Below are positions 27,133-37,406 of a stretch of DNA of 64,000 bases, piece after piece. Position numbers and translations under genes: made by a program. Position 1 is the stretch's first letter; every line of letters begins with the position of its first letter. The notes below the pieces were generated by a model. The model searched no databases. It saw only the letters and a program-made list of their open reading frames with translations, and was not told the origin of the DNA. The DNA is from Octopus sinensis (Eukaryota): positions 54,560,001 to 54,624,000 of the forward strand of contig NC_043004.1 in NCBI RefSeq assembly GCF_006345805.1, written 5' to 3'.

Positions 27133-27505
27133 CTAGCAGTATCGCCCGGCGTTGCTCGGGTTTGTAAGGGAAATAACTATAAAGCATTTTTAGATAGTTA
27201 TAGCCAAAATATGGGAAAAAAATGATGGTAAATTTTTTTTGAGAGTTAAAAAGGTGGAGTTGCGTCCCCTAGACAGTCTGTGGTTTGTGTTTCTGATTAT
27301 CGACCCCATGTCGAATTTATCGATTTTTTTCAGAACTGGGGGAACTTTTCAAAATTTTCGCTGCGTTAGTTTTGAATTATGACATTGGGCTATGTGTGTG
27401 TCAAGTTTCATCAGAATCTTTTTAAAGCCGTGGTCAGAGTGAGGGTACAACCAAACAGACACACAGAAACACACACAGACAAACTGCCGTTTATATATAG
27501 AGAGA
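27133..27505 (-). mobile_element. Non-autonomous Helitron
   Basis: Minus strand 5'-TC...hairpin cccgagcaacgccggg...CTAG-3', inserted between A and T. It is the reverse complement of 59654-60040. Confidence 0.85.
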
Positions 27506-27550
27506 TATATCACTTGATAAATTCTGCGTAAAGTCTTAACAGAGAAGGTT

Positions 27551-27616
27551 ATGCTTAACTGATGAGGTCCGGATAAAACCGAAATATAACTGGAATGTTA
27601 TCCTAACACGTAAGCG
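27551..27616 (+). ncRNA. Degenerate hammerhead-like motif
   Basis: CTGATGA-ggt..acc-GAAA is intact; stem III is bulged and stem I is poorly paired. Confidence 0.4.
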
Positions 27617-27968
27617 TCTTAATGCTCCATACTTTAAATAAGTTATCACCAACTAATCTGTATTTATTATACATAACTTTGTGTCCATATGAATTTCATA
27701 TATTTTCAAAAGAGTGTGGTTGGGGGATTTGATCAGCACCGATTTTACATTTTCTGTCAGTTGCTTCCCCACAGATAAGTGTAAAACAAGTTAATATATT
27801 GCCATATTAATCTGATAAGCCGGCAGGAAATATGAACGGCTCAGCAGTAAATCGGTTAACAGATGCCTAAAGAATACTAATACATAGATATACGCGTATC
27901 TTGTCTCTGTTTCTTCTTGTATATCTCTCTCATTCTCTATCTCTCTCTCACTCACACACACACACACA

Positions 27969-28001
<33 letters not shown>

Positions 28002-28054
28002 AATATATTTATATATGCGTATCCGTGTGTATGTCTGTGTATACATGTACATAC

Positions 28055-28157
<103 letters not shown>

Positions 28158-28181
28158 CACATAGACAGATATAATCGATAT

Positions 28182-28212
<31 letters not shown>

Positions 28213-28250
28213 CATACAGACATACATACATGCATGTATACCTATAATAC

Positions 28251-28282
<32 letters not shown>

Positions 28283-28861
28283 GTATCTATGTATGAACGT
28301 GTGCATATATTTCACTATAGAAACACATGTTTGTGTGTGTGCGTGTGTGCATGTATGTGTGTGCATGTGTATGTGTGTGCATGTGTATGTGTGCGTGTGT
28401 TTACTCCTCTTTCTCTATGAATATACTTATCAACTATACCTTTTGTCGCTACAAAGATCTTACACGGTAAGATCAATAAAAATACGAGTGAATCCGTTCA
28501 TCCTCGATGGCCGTGATTCGAAGATAACATTTTGCTTTCACATCCACTGAAGATCTAAAATTCCGCAAGGATTAGTAGCAATCCAGATACTGGTGTCAAA
28601 GTTAATCGATTTACCGATATAATTTCTTGGATATTACTACTCATAGATACAAAATTACCTGCATCTCCGAATATGTACTCTCCAAATATATATATATATA
28701 TATATATTTAGAGAGTACATATATATATATATATAAATATATATTGTTGTATTTCGGAATGGTCGTTTTGCCAGTTTAGCCAATAAAAACACACGCACTA
28801 TATATTTGGTGTTACTTTGCTTCAATGTTATTTGTTTTTTACATTGATCTTAATCTTATTT

Positions 28862-28907
28862 CGGCCAGAGTTCTTTCGTCACACTCCTGTGACCGCATCA
28901 GTGGTCC
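28862..28907 (-). ncRNA. Degenerate minimal hammerhead-like motif
   Basis: ggacca-CTGATGC-g-gtcac(aggagt)gtgac-GAAA-gaac-TC-tggcc; A9 is changed to C and stem I has one mismatch. Confidence 0.4.
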
Positions 28908-29361
28908 TTTGCCTTCTTCTTTCTGATTTGTGTGTCTCTCCTTACTAACCGTCAGTTATTTTGTATTTCGATTGTATGTGTCTTCATTTGCGCATGCGTA
29001 TATCTCTATGTGCGTCTATGTTTAGTTAGTATGTGTGGGGGGGGGGAGAATGCCTGTAATATTTGTATCTTCTGTTTATATACGTTCGTGTAATTTGCTT
29101 TTGTTTTTGTTTATTCTTATCTTGTTCATGTGTTTACACCCACTTATTATTATTATCATTATTATTATCATTATCATTATTATTATTATTATATATGTTT
29201 GTATGTATGTATGTATAACAACAATACCAGTAATAATAAATAAATATATATGTATATATATATATATATATATATGTATGTCCCGGGTTGATTCGGGGTT
29301 AACCACAGTAAATAAGGTACTCAATACATAGCAGAGTAAAATTAATTTATTATATAGAAGG

Positions 29362-29412
29362 AGCTTCTACAGGACTAGAACTGTTTCATTCAAGAGAAAT
29401 CATCAGGAAGCT
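29362..29412 (-). ncRNA. Type I hammerhead ribozyme motif
   Basis: agcttc-CTGATGA-t.ttc(tctt)gaa.t-GAAA-cag(ttctagtc)ctg-TA-gaagct: 6-bp stem I, 4-bp stem III, GUA cleavage triplet. Confidence 0.8.
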
Positions 29413-29505
29413 AGTTAACAAGAATTGTTTTGGCATTTATACATTTAGGCTGGTTTAAAGGGGTGGTGGTGGGGGACTTTTGCCATACATATATATATAT
29501 GTATG

Positions 29506-29536
<31 letters not shown>

Positions 29537-29558
29537 ATATACATATGTATATATATAT

Positions 29559-29594
<36 letters not shown>

Positions 29595-30221
29595 TGTTGC
29601 ATTTCGGGACGGTCATTTCTTTATTTTACCTAATAAACACACGCACTGTATATTTGTTCATCACTCATTTATTACTGTTCTCATGTCCATTGTGTGTGAA
29701 TGTATGCGTATGTGCATTTGCGTTTGCTTGTGTATGTGTCATTGTTCTTTGCAGTAGTATGCCCTTCCCCTACAGCCCCATCCACTCACACCGTTGTGCC
29801 GCTGCTGCCCTAAGACCCGAAAATTTGGTACAGTTCCTGTATCTCTCTGCGTTTGTGTGTTCGCCAACGGTGTTGCCATCATGGTGGTAGTAGTAGTAGT
29901 TTATGTTGTTGTTGTTGTTGTTGTTGCTATTGCCATAATAGTCACTACTACTGCTGCTGTCGTTGTCATTCGTGTTGTTGATGTTGCTGTGGCCGTCCGT
30001 GAAATTTTTTGCGTGTGTGTTTGTGTGTATGTATGGGTTCGCTTGGTACGTTTTTTTGTATCCATGCACTTTTATATAGATTTATATATTTATTTATTTT
30101 ATCATTCTATATTTCTTATATTTATCGCAGGTATGTAACAAATATATCTATTTATTTATCTATTTGTATATTTCATTATTTATCTATCTCTATTTCTTAT
30201 ATTTGAGACGCAGCACGGAGT

Positions 30222-30272
30222 TTTGTCAGTGAACAGGTTGCGGTCTCAAAGCGACGAAAATATTTTGACGAA
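30222..30272 (+). ncRNA. Hammerhead ribozyme motif, G3:C8 variant
   Basis: tttgtca-GTGAACA-g-gttgc(ggtctcaaa)gcgac-GAAAATATTT-tgacgaa: 7-bp stem I, 5-bp stem II, palindromic stem III AATATT. Confidence 0.65.
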
Positions 30273-30919
30273 TTAAATTTAAATGTTGAAGTGAATCTGA
30301 CGGTTTGTGTGTGTTTCCTAAATGGCTTATAAACACCTTCCACGCTGCAATTGTTTTTGTTCCAGCACACGATCTCAGATCAGGTCACTTGCTATGCAAG
30401 TGCATCTCCGTATTTCTCATATGTATCACAAGTAAGTGCATATATGTCTATTGTGTGTGTATTACCCTGTATGTATCTGTGTATTATTTACGATTTATTT
30501 GTTTTCCTCTCGCTTCTCTTCCCTTCTCTCTTTAGTGATGTGGTGTGGTATTGGGTGTTAATGTTCCATTCGTGTTTTCTATTGAAGTTCGATCTGTCTA
30601 CTGTCATGTGTTTAGCCTCTGTGAGCTGTCTAAGTGCTTGTGTCAATTCTATACGTCGGTAATAATTTAACCTCTATGCTATTAATCGAGTCTTCACATT
30701 CTGCTTGAGCATCTTGACGAGCTTTTCTTTTCTTTGAGTTCTCACCGATGTGCATCTATACGCTCTCCTATGCTGCGTGCAGTCTCTCAATGCAGGTAGT
30801 TGTCATGTTTCTTTACCATCCCTCAGTATATCGTAAGCCATATATTACATTCCTAACCTTACAGTTAACCCGTCGGTCCATCCTACATAAAACACAATTG
30901 TACTCTGCAGAAGAGGACT

Positions 30920-30993
<74 letters not shown>

Positions 30994-31002
30994 AAGGGTG
31001 AA

Positions 31003-32782
31003 GGGTCTCAATTTGAGGTCATTAGGTTAGGGACTTTAATTATTTTGTCTGTAGCTATCTTGCATGCGTTGCTTATTTTTTCACTTTTGTGGATCTTAGG
31101 TATACCGTAGAATTGGCTAGTTTTACTTGTGAAATTGGTCATATAATCATATTCTTTGTCGGTTAGCCCTGCTTTGTATGGGTTTAATATGGATTTTAGT
31201 TCCCTCATTATTTTTTGTTGACTGTAGTTTTGTGCCTTTTCATAGTATGTTGTGTCTTCCAGCATAGAAAGTACCAAAGTTATGTAAAATGTCGTATCCA
31301 TTAAGACAACAGCACTCCCTTTATCGGCCTCTTTGATTGTTATTGTTTTATCTAGTTTTAATTTGTTCAACTCAGCCCATTCTTTTTTGCTGAAGTTTGG
31401 TTTGTGTTTTTGTTTGTGCATATGTTGATATGGGTAATTTGATATGTGGTCACAGAAATCATCAAGTGTTTTATTCTTACCTTTCGAGGGGGTGTAGTTA
31501 CTCCTATTTCTGGCTAACGATTCGTCCTCGTTGTATTTATCGTATAGCTCCTCAGTAAGTCTTAATTTTGCAGAATTCTGCGATGTCTTCTTTCATTTCA
31601 TTGTAGTTGGGGTGTTGTGGGGTGGGTGTAAACTTGAGTCCTTTGGAAAGTATGTTTATTTGGTTTGCTGTTAGTTCCTTGGGAGTTAGATTAATAATTT
31701 TTATTACTTTTGGTTCCTCCTGCTTGTTTGGTGCTATCTTGTGTCTCTGTGTTTGCGTATTGGTCTAAAAAATGAATGCGGTGGTTGGGACGGTAGCTAG
31801 TATATAGTTGTTCTTTGTTGATTAGGGGTCTCCTGTTGTGATTTATGGTGTGTGTTCTTGGAGCAGTATTGAGGAGAGCATCCCGATATCCCATATTCGG
31901 GTGTGGTGTTCTAGGAGGCCTTCGTTGGTAATCATTGCAAGTGGTGTGGGTTTGTTGTGCATGGTTGTTTAACCGTTAATGGGACGAAGATTTCGTTGGT
32001 AACTCCTTTGGGTGGGGATGAGGTTGCAGTGTCTATGCTGTGGGTGTTGATTTATCCTTTCTCTGCTTGAAGGGGGTATTCCTGATATTGTATCGCTGGC
32101 TGCTTACAGAGTTAGGGTAGGTCCTGTATTCTTTTTTTGATAGTAGTGAAGGTTCCGATTTTTAGACAGGTGTGTATCGGTGTTGGGTGTGTTGTTTTGG
32201 TTTTCTTATTTTCTGGAAAGGGTTGTTGGAGGCGTGCTCTGTTTGAAAGACGCTTCATAGTCTGAGAACCAAGTGGCGCTTTTCTCCCAGCGTTGGAGAG
32301 ATTTTAGTTCTTCTTTTTCACAGTCCTCTTTCCATAGTTTGGAGAACTTCTCTTGATCTGGGCCTTGGGTCATTTTGCGAATTTCTTCGTTGATATCTTC
32401 ATCGGTGGATTTTATTTTATCCTCATTCGTTTGGGCCCTCAATTTCAGAAGTTCTATTTCCATTTTCATTTTTTCCAGTGCCATTCTCTCCCTGAGGTGT
32501 CTTTGTGTTTCAGGTTCTTCTGTAATAGCTTTGAACTGGAATTTACGTGGGAGGATTAACGGGGTCCGGTTGAGCCATTTTTCGTATATATCCGCTTTGT
32601 TGTTGTTTTGGATCATCTTCCAAAAGGCGAACTTTCTATCTCTGAGTGATTTGTTCCATTGTGGTATTATGTGGTGTTTCATTTGGTATGTTGTTAGAGT
32701 ATTGATCCCATATATTGACTCGTTTGGAGGTCCTTGGTTAGCGTTGTTAGAGAAAAATGTTCTAATTGTTTCGCATAGACCC
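31003..32782 (-). pseudogene. Inverted N-terminal half of the Neptune PLE ORF
   Basis: Reads IIPQWNKSLRDRKFAFWK..., ILSKGLKFTPTP, TIKEADKGSAVV and FYGIPKIHK, ending PNDLKLRP. Confidence 0.85.
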
Positions 32783-34359
32783 ATAATAGCAGGTCCCGCA
32801 TGCGAAACCCACCGCCTCAGTAACTTTTTAGACACCCTGTTAAAACCACTCCTCAAACATGTCAAAAGCTATATAAGGGACGACTTAGATATGCTCAATC
32901 ACCTACCGAATACTATAAACAAAAACACCATACTGGTATCCTTCGATGTAGTCAACCTCTACTCCAATATCCCCCACAACCTAGGACTAGAGGCAATCCA
33001 ATTCTGGCTAGAGAATCACGCCAACGAACTACCACACACCGCATCAAAAAAGAATTTGTGATAGAAGGGGTTAAATTCATCCTGGAATATAACTTCTTCG
33101 CCTTCAATGACAACTTCTACCGACAAAAATCGGGGACTGCGATGGGTACACGAATGGCCCCCTCCTTTGCCAACCTCTAGTCATAGGATACCTAGAGATC
33201 AGTCTGTATCGTAAGGTTCTAGAAAGATATGGCAGCCCTTTCTCCATCTACATAGAAAACAACTGGAAGAGATATCTAGATGACTGTTTCATCCTTGGCA
33301 TAAAAATATAGAAAAACTCATAGAATTCCAGAAAATTTTAAACGGACTGGACGTAAACATCCAATTCACGATGGAATATAGCCAACAACAACTCCCCTTC
33401 CTCGATATCCTCATTAAGAAAGCTAATAATATAATAGAAACAGACATATACTATAAGCCTACAGACTCTAAGCAATATCTTCCATTCAATTCATGCCACC
33501 CCAGACACACCAGGATGAATATCCCCTTCAATCTAGCAAAAAGGATATGCACTATAGTCTCTAACGCAAACACACAGAGACACACGACTACAAGAACTAA
33601 AAGATACCCTAATCACCAGGAACTATCCACCTTCACTTATTGACAAATGCATTCAACGTGCCCTTCAACTTAACATCAAGGAACTGAGACATCCCAAATC
33701 AAAGAAAAACTTACAACCAAAAGCCTTACCATACATCTCCACACACAACCCTCTCAATAACGAAGCCTTCGACACCATCCTCCACAACATACCCCTTCTA
33801 AAAAAAGACCACAGAGATGAACACAATCCTCCAAACACACACGATCATAAAAAGCAAAAGACAGCCTAGATCCATGAAAAGTCTCCTTACACAAGCCCGA
33901 ATTCACTCTTCAACACAGAAGCCGACAGTAAAAAAATGTGGAAGACCCAATTGCGGGATATGCGACTATCTAATCGAGGGTTCTGAGTTCTCCTTCAACA
34001 GGGACAACGTTTTACAGTGAAAAGCAACTTCACATGTGCTTCGGAGAACCTAATATACTCACTAACCTGCTCCGGGTGTCAAGAGCAGTACATAGGCCAA
34101 ACAAAAAAATGGTTTGCGTAAACGAATGGCCCTGCACAGATCCCAGATAAAAATTCCCCAAAACAGAAAAATAGCTTTTAGCCAACACATAGATACTTGC
34201 GCCAACAAAAAAACACCAAACTTCAGAATTTTCCCCCTCTACCAATTTAGGGACGATACAACCTCGAGACAACAAATAAGTAAAGAAAATCTCTTATTAC
34301 AAAATACAAGCCACTTCTTAACGGGTCTACGACAAACAATTAATATACCTCAACTTTAG
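32777..34359 (+). pseudogene. Neptune PLE RT core, Cys-rich linker and GIY-YIG endonuclease, frameshifted
   Basis: Reads RPIIAGPACET, LVSFDVVNLYSNIP, GTAMGTRMAP, WKRYLDDCF, LPFLDI, YYKPTDSKQYL, CGRPNCGIC and NLIYSLTCSGCQEQYIGQT. Confidence 0.9.
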
Positions 34360-34477
34360 AATAAAAGAAAAAAATATATATACACACACAAATACTACAC
34401 TCCATAGAATCCATTACTAATCAGCCCCTTCATAGCTATATTTACACCCATTCATATTCTCCCTTCTCTGTTTTTTT

Positions 34478-34730
34478 CTTCTTCTTCTGCTTCCTCTTCT
34501 TCTTCATCATCATCGTTATCATCATCATCGGCATCATCATCATCGCCACCATCATCACCACCATCTTCTCCTTCTCCTCCTTCTTCTTCTTCTTCTTCTT
34601 CTTCTTCTTCTTCTTCTTCTTCTTCATCATCAACGTTATCATCATCATCGTCGTCATAATCATCACCACCATCACCATCATCGTCATCTTCTCCTTCTCC
34701 TTCTCCTTCTTCTTCTTCTTCTTCTTCTCC
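34478..34730. repeat. (TTC)n/(ATC)n microsatellite within the PLE 3' region
   Basis: Directly visible. Confidence 0.9.
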
Positions 34731-35077
34731 ACCCCCTACCCCTTAAGTTTGTCACTAATGTTTTTTAGTATAACACCTACGCTAATTCTATAAACAAGCC
34801 TGTCAATATAAATATTCTCCTGAATTGAACTGAGACTGCCAGCCGCCACTGACCATTCAAAATACGACCATCAGGGCACTCCCAGATTCTCCCACCCCCC
34901 TTTCCTCACCAGCCTTCCCTCTACTACCCTACCAAGAACTCACAACTACCTCGAACACACAAGTGCAAACAAGGGAGTCAGAGAAAGGCAGAATGCCACT
35001 TAAATCTGAACACTACTATAGAAATATTCTTTTAAAAAAACTTTTCTTGTAATTTTTCTAAATTTAATTATTTAATC

Positions 35078-35123
35078 GTTACAGTTGAAAAGGTCTCAAA
35101 ATGACCGAAACCGGTACTGAAAT
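35078..35123 (+). ncRNA. Minimal hammerhead ribozyme motif, U3:A8 variant
   Basis: cag-TTGAAAA-ggtc(tcaaaat)gacc-GAAACCGGTA-ctg: 4-bp stem II, palindromic stem III ACCGGT, GUA triplet (cleavage after 35116). Confidence 0.75.
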
Positions 35124-35196
35124 GTTCACTATAAAATTATTTTAGCATTTTCTATTTTTTACTTGTTTTTTCATATATATATATATATATATATTG

Positions 35197-35228
<32 letters not shown>

Positions 35229-35244
35229 TGTGTGTGTGTGTGTG

Positions 35245-35284
<40 letters not shown>

Positions 35285-35650
35285 GTATGTGTGTACATAT
35301 GTACTATAATAAAGAAAGCTGCTTATCATCTATCAATATACAATGTACAAAGGCTACCAAATAAACTCTGTTTTTGGCACAACTCTTTTTTCCTACTAAA
35401 ATAACCTCGGAAACGAGGTCATGTTACACAATTTTGAGGTAATTTTCGAGCAATATTTTGATTTTCTCTTAAAGTTTCACTTTCGCTCGATGTTACACAC
35501 ATACGTAGAATTGTACTCAGCCAAACATTTATGAACGTGTACACAAATATTGTAATTAGATAAGCTACAACCAAAAAAATTCATTAAATGACATCCATTT
35601 CTCCATATGTTATGAGGAAATAGAGTCACTCTCTCTTTGTTACACACATA

Positions 35651-35690
35651 CAGGCGCAGGAGTGGCTGTGTGGTAAGTAGCTTGCTAACC
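35651..35690 (+). mobile_element. Truncated SINE head (box A part only)
   Basis: caggcgcaggagtggctgtgtggtaagtagcttgctaacc matches the start of the SINE at 60517. Confidence 0.8.
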
Positions 35691-36064
35691 TCACTGACTG
35701 AAGAGTGACTTTGCTTACCTTACTACGGTTTGGACGCGTTTTCTTCCCGGTAAGAGTTTTGCTGTGTTGTTAATTGTTGAATTTTTACTACTAAAAATTT
35801 GTTCTTGAACGTTGTTGAACTTTCTTGTTCTCCGGTTTTACCGGGGAATAATTGGATAATTTCTTACCGTTGAACTGTTAGCCATTGTGGCTTTTTTCTA
35901 CGTGACTATATATAGTCCTGCCAGACTATTTTCGTGCCCCTCCCCCGAATGGGGGTGGGAATTGGAATTTTTTGAACTGCTTTTTACCACTTATTGAACT
36001 ACTTTGGAAGAAAAACTTTCTATAGGTTTCCCAGTTTTGTGGGAAACCAATATTCGTAATTTTT

Positions 36065-37389
36065 GTGTTGTCTAATTTCAACAGAATAATGTCTGTTGAG
36101 ATTATTCACGAAAGTAGTGCTCTTGAGGAGAGCAATGTTAAAGAATTTTCTGCGGTAGCCGCAGTGGCTACCAAGAACATTGACATCGATGTCAATCAGC
36201 TCGTCGAGCTATTTAAAAGAATGCAAGAGGAGGGTGGTGATGTTAAAATATCACCCTCCGCCAGTATCGTGGAGACCGAGAAGCGGACCGTAGTGTTTAA
36301 AACCTTCTGTCCACAAAGCAGAAGATTCAAACACTTTGAAAAAAACACCATCGAGAAATGCCTGTCCCCGATTTGGAAGGACATCGTGTACGTCGCCAGG
36401 GTACGGGCATATGGCACTGTGGATGTCCCCTTCTCGGGGGAAGAGGTGGACCGCGGGCATTCTGCGAACCCCCTAAAAACCAAGGAGGTGGTACTTTTCC
36501 CAAGCTATAGGGGACGCAGGACGTCCCGGGTCAGGATTGCAGAAGCCCCGCCGGAAGTAGATCCGGTATAATTCAAGGAACACCGGAGGACCTGCAGCTC
36601 CTTCCTGAGAGGGTGCTCGTGGGCGAGAACGTAGCCCTCAGGGTACAGGTCGAAGGCCGAAAACCCACCTGTTACGCCTGCGGCAAAAAGGGCCACATTC
36701 GTGTAGACTGTCCAGACAAGCAAAAGAAACCGCAGACACCAGGCCCCTCAGATAATAAAAAAATCCGTACCCTTGCAAACTCACCTACCCCTACAAAAAC
36801 AAAAAATCCCACTCCTGCTGTTACAGTGCCAACCCCAAAACAAACTGAAGAAAAAACCCAGCCCTCGCACGCACAAACCCCTACATTATTAAAACCTCCC
36901 AACCCCTTAAAAACTGCGGCGCCTAATGAACAAACTATTGCTACCCCAGACGATACCATGGAGGTATCAGAGGGGGGATTTACACCAGTTCGTAAAAGAA
37001 TTCGTGCATCATCCCCGTCCACATCCCCTACAAAAAATAATAAAAACAAAGACACACCACAGACACGAAAAAAAAAATCCCGCTCAACTGGCCCAGAAAA
37101 AGAAGACAAAAAAAATGAACCCATATTAATTGAATTCGACACACAAAACAAATACATAAACGATATTGAGGTTCGGTATCAGTCAGCAAGACTGTACAAC
37201 AAATACAAAGATCGAAATGAGAAATACGCGTGGATTGCGGAAACAACGTTCAAACAATTAAAAGACAGACACCCAAACGCCATCCGGCATATCGCGAACT
37301 TGCCGGACTATCTGAAGAAGGAGGAGAAAGAAGGGGCCCACAAACGTGTGGTGAGGTCGGCCCCCACCTCTCCAACGAAATGTAAGTAG
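36065..37389 (+). pseudogene. Tx1 ORF1p (gag-like, CCHC zinc knuckle), interrupted at ~36570
   Basis: CYACGKKGHIRVDC followed by a Pro/Thr/Lys-rich tail. Confidence 0.82.
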
Positions 37390-37406
37390 AACTTTTACTT
37401 TTTGTA

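Larger units (their letters stand above)
31003..35172 (+). mobile_element. Neptune-type Penelope-like element with an inverted 5' half, flanked by (TA)n
   Basis: The N-terminal half is on the minus strand (31003-32782) and the RT core plus GIY-YIG is on the plus strand (32777-34359). The 3' region carries a hammerhead motif. Confidence 0.88.
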
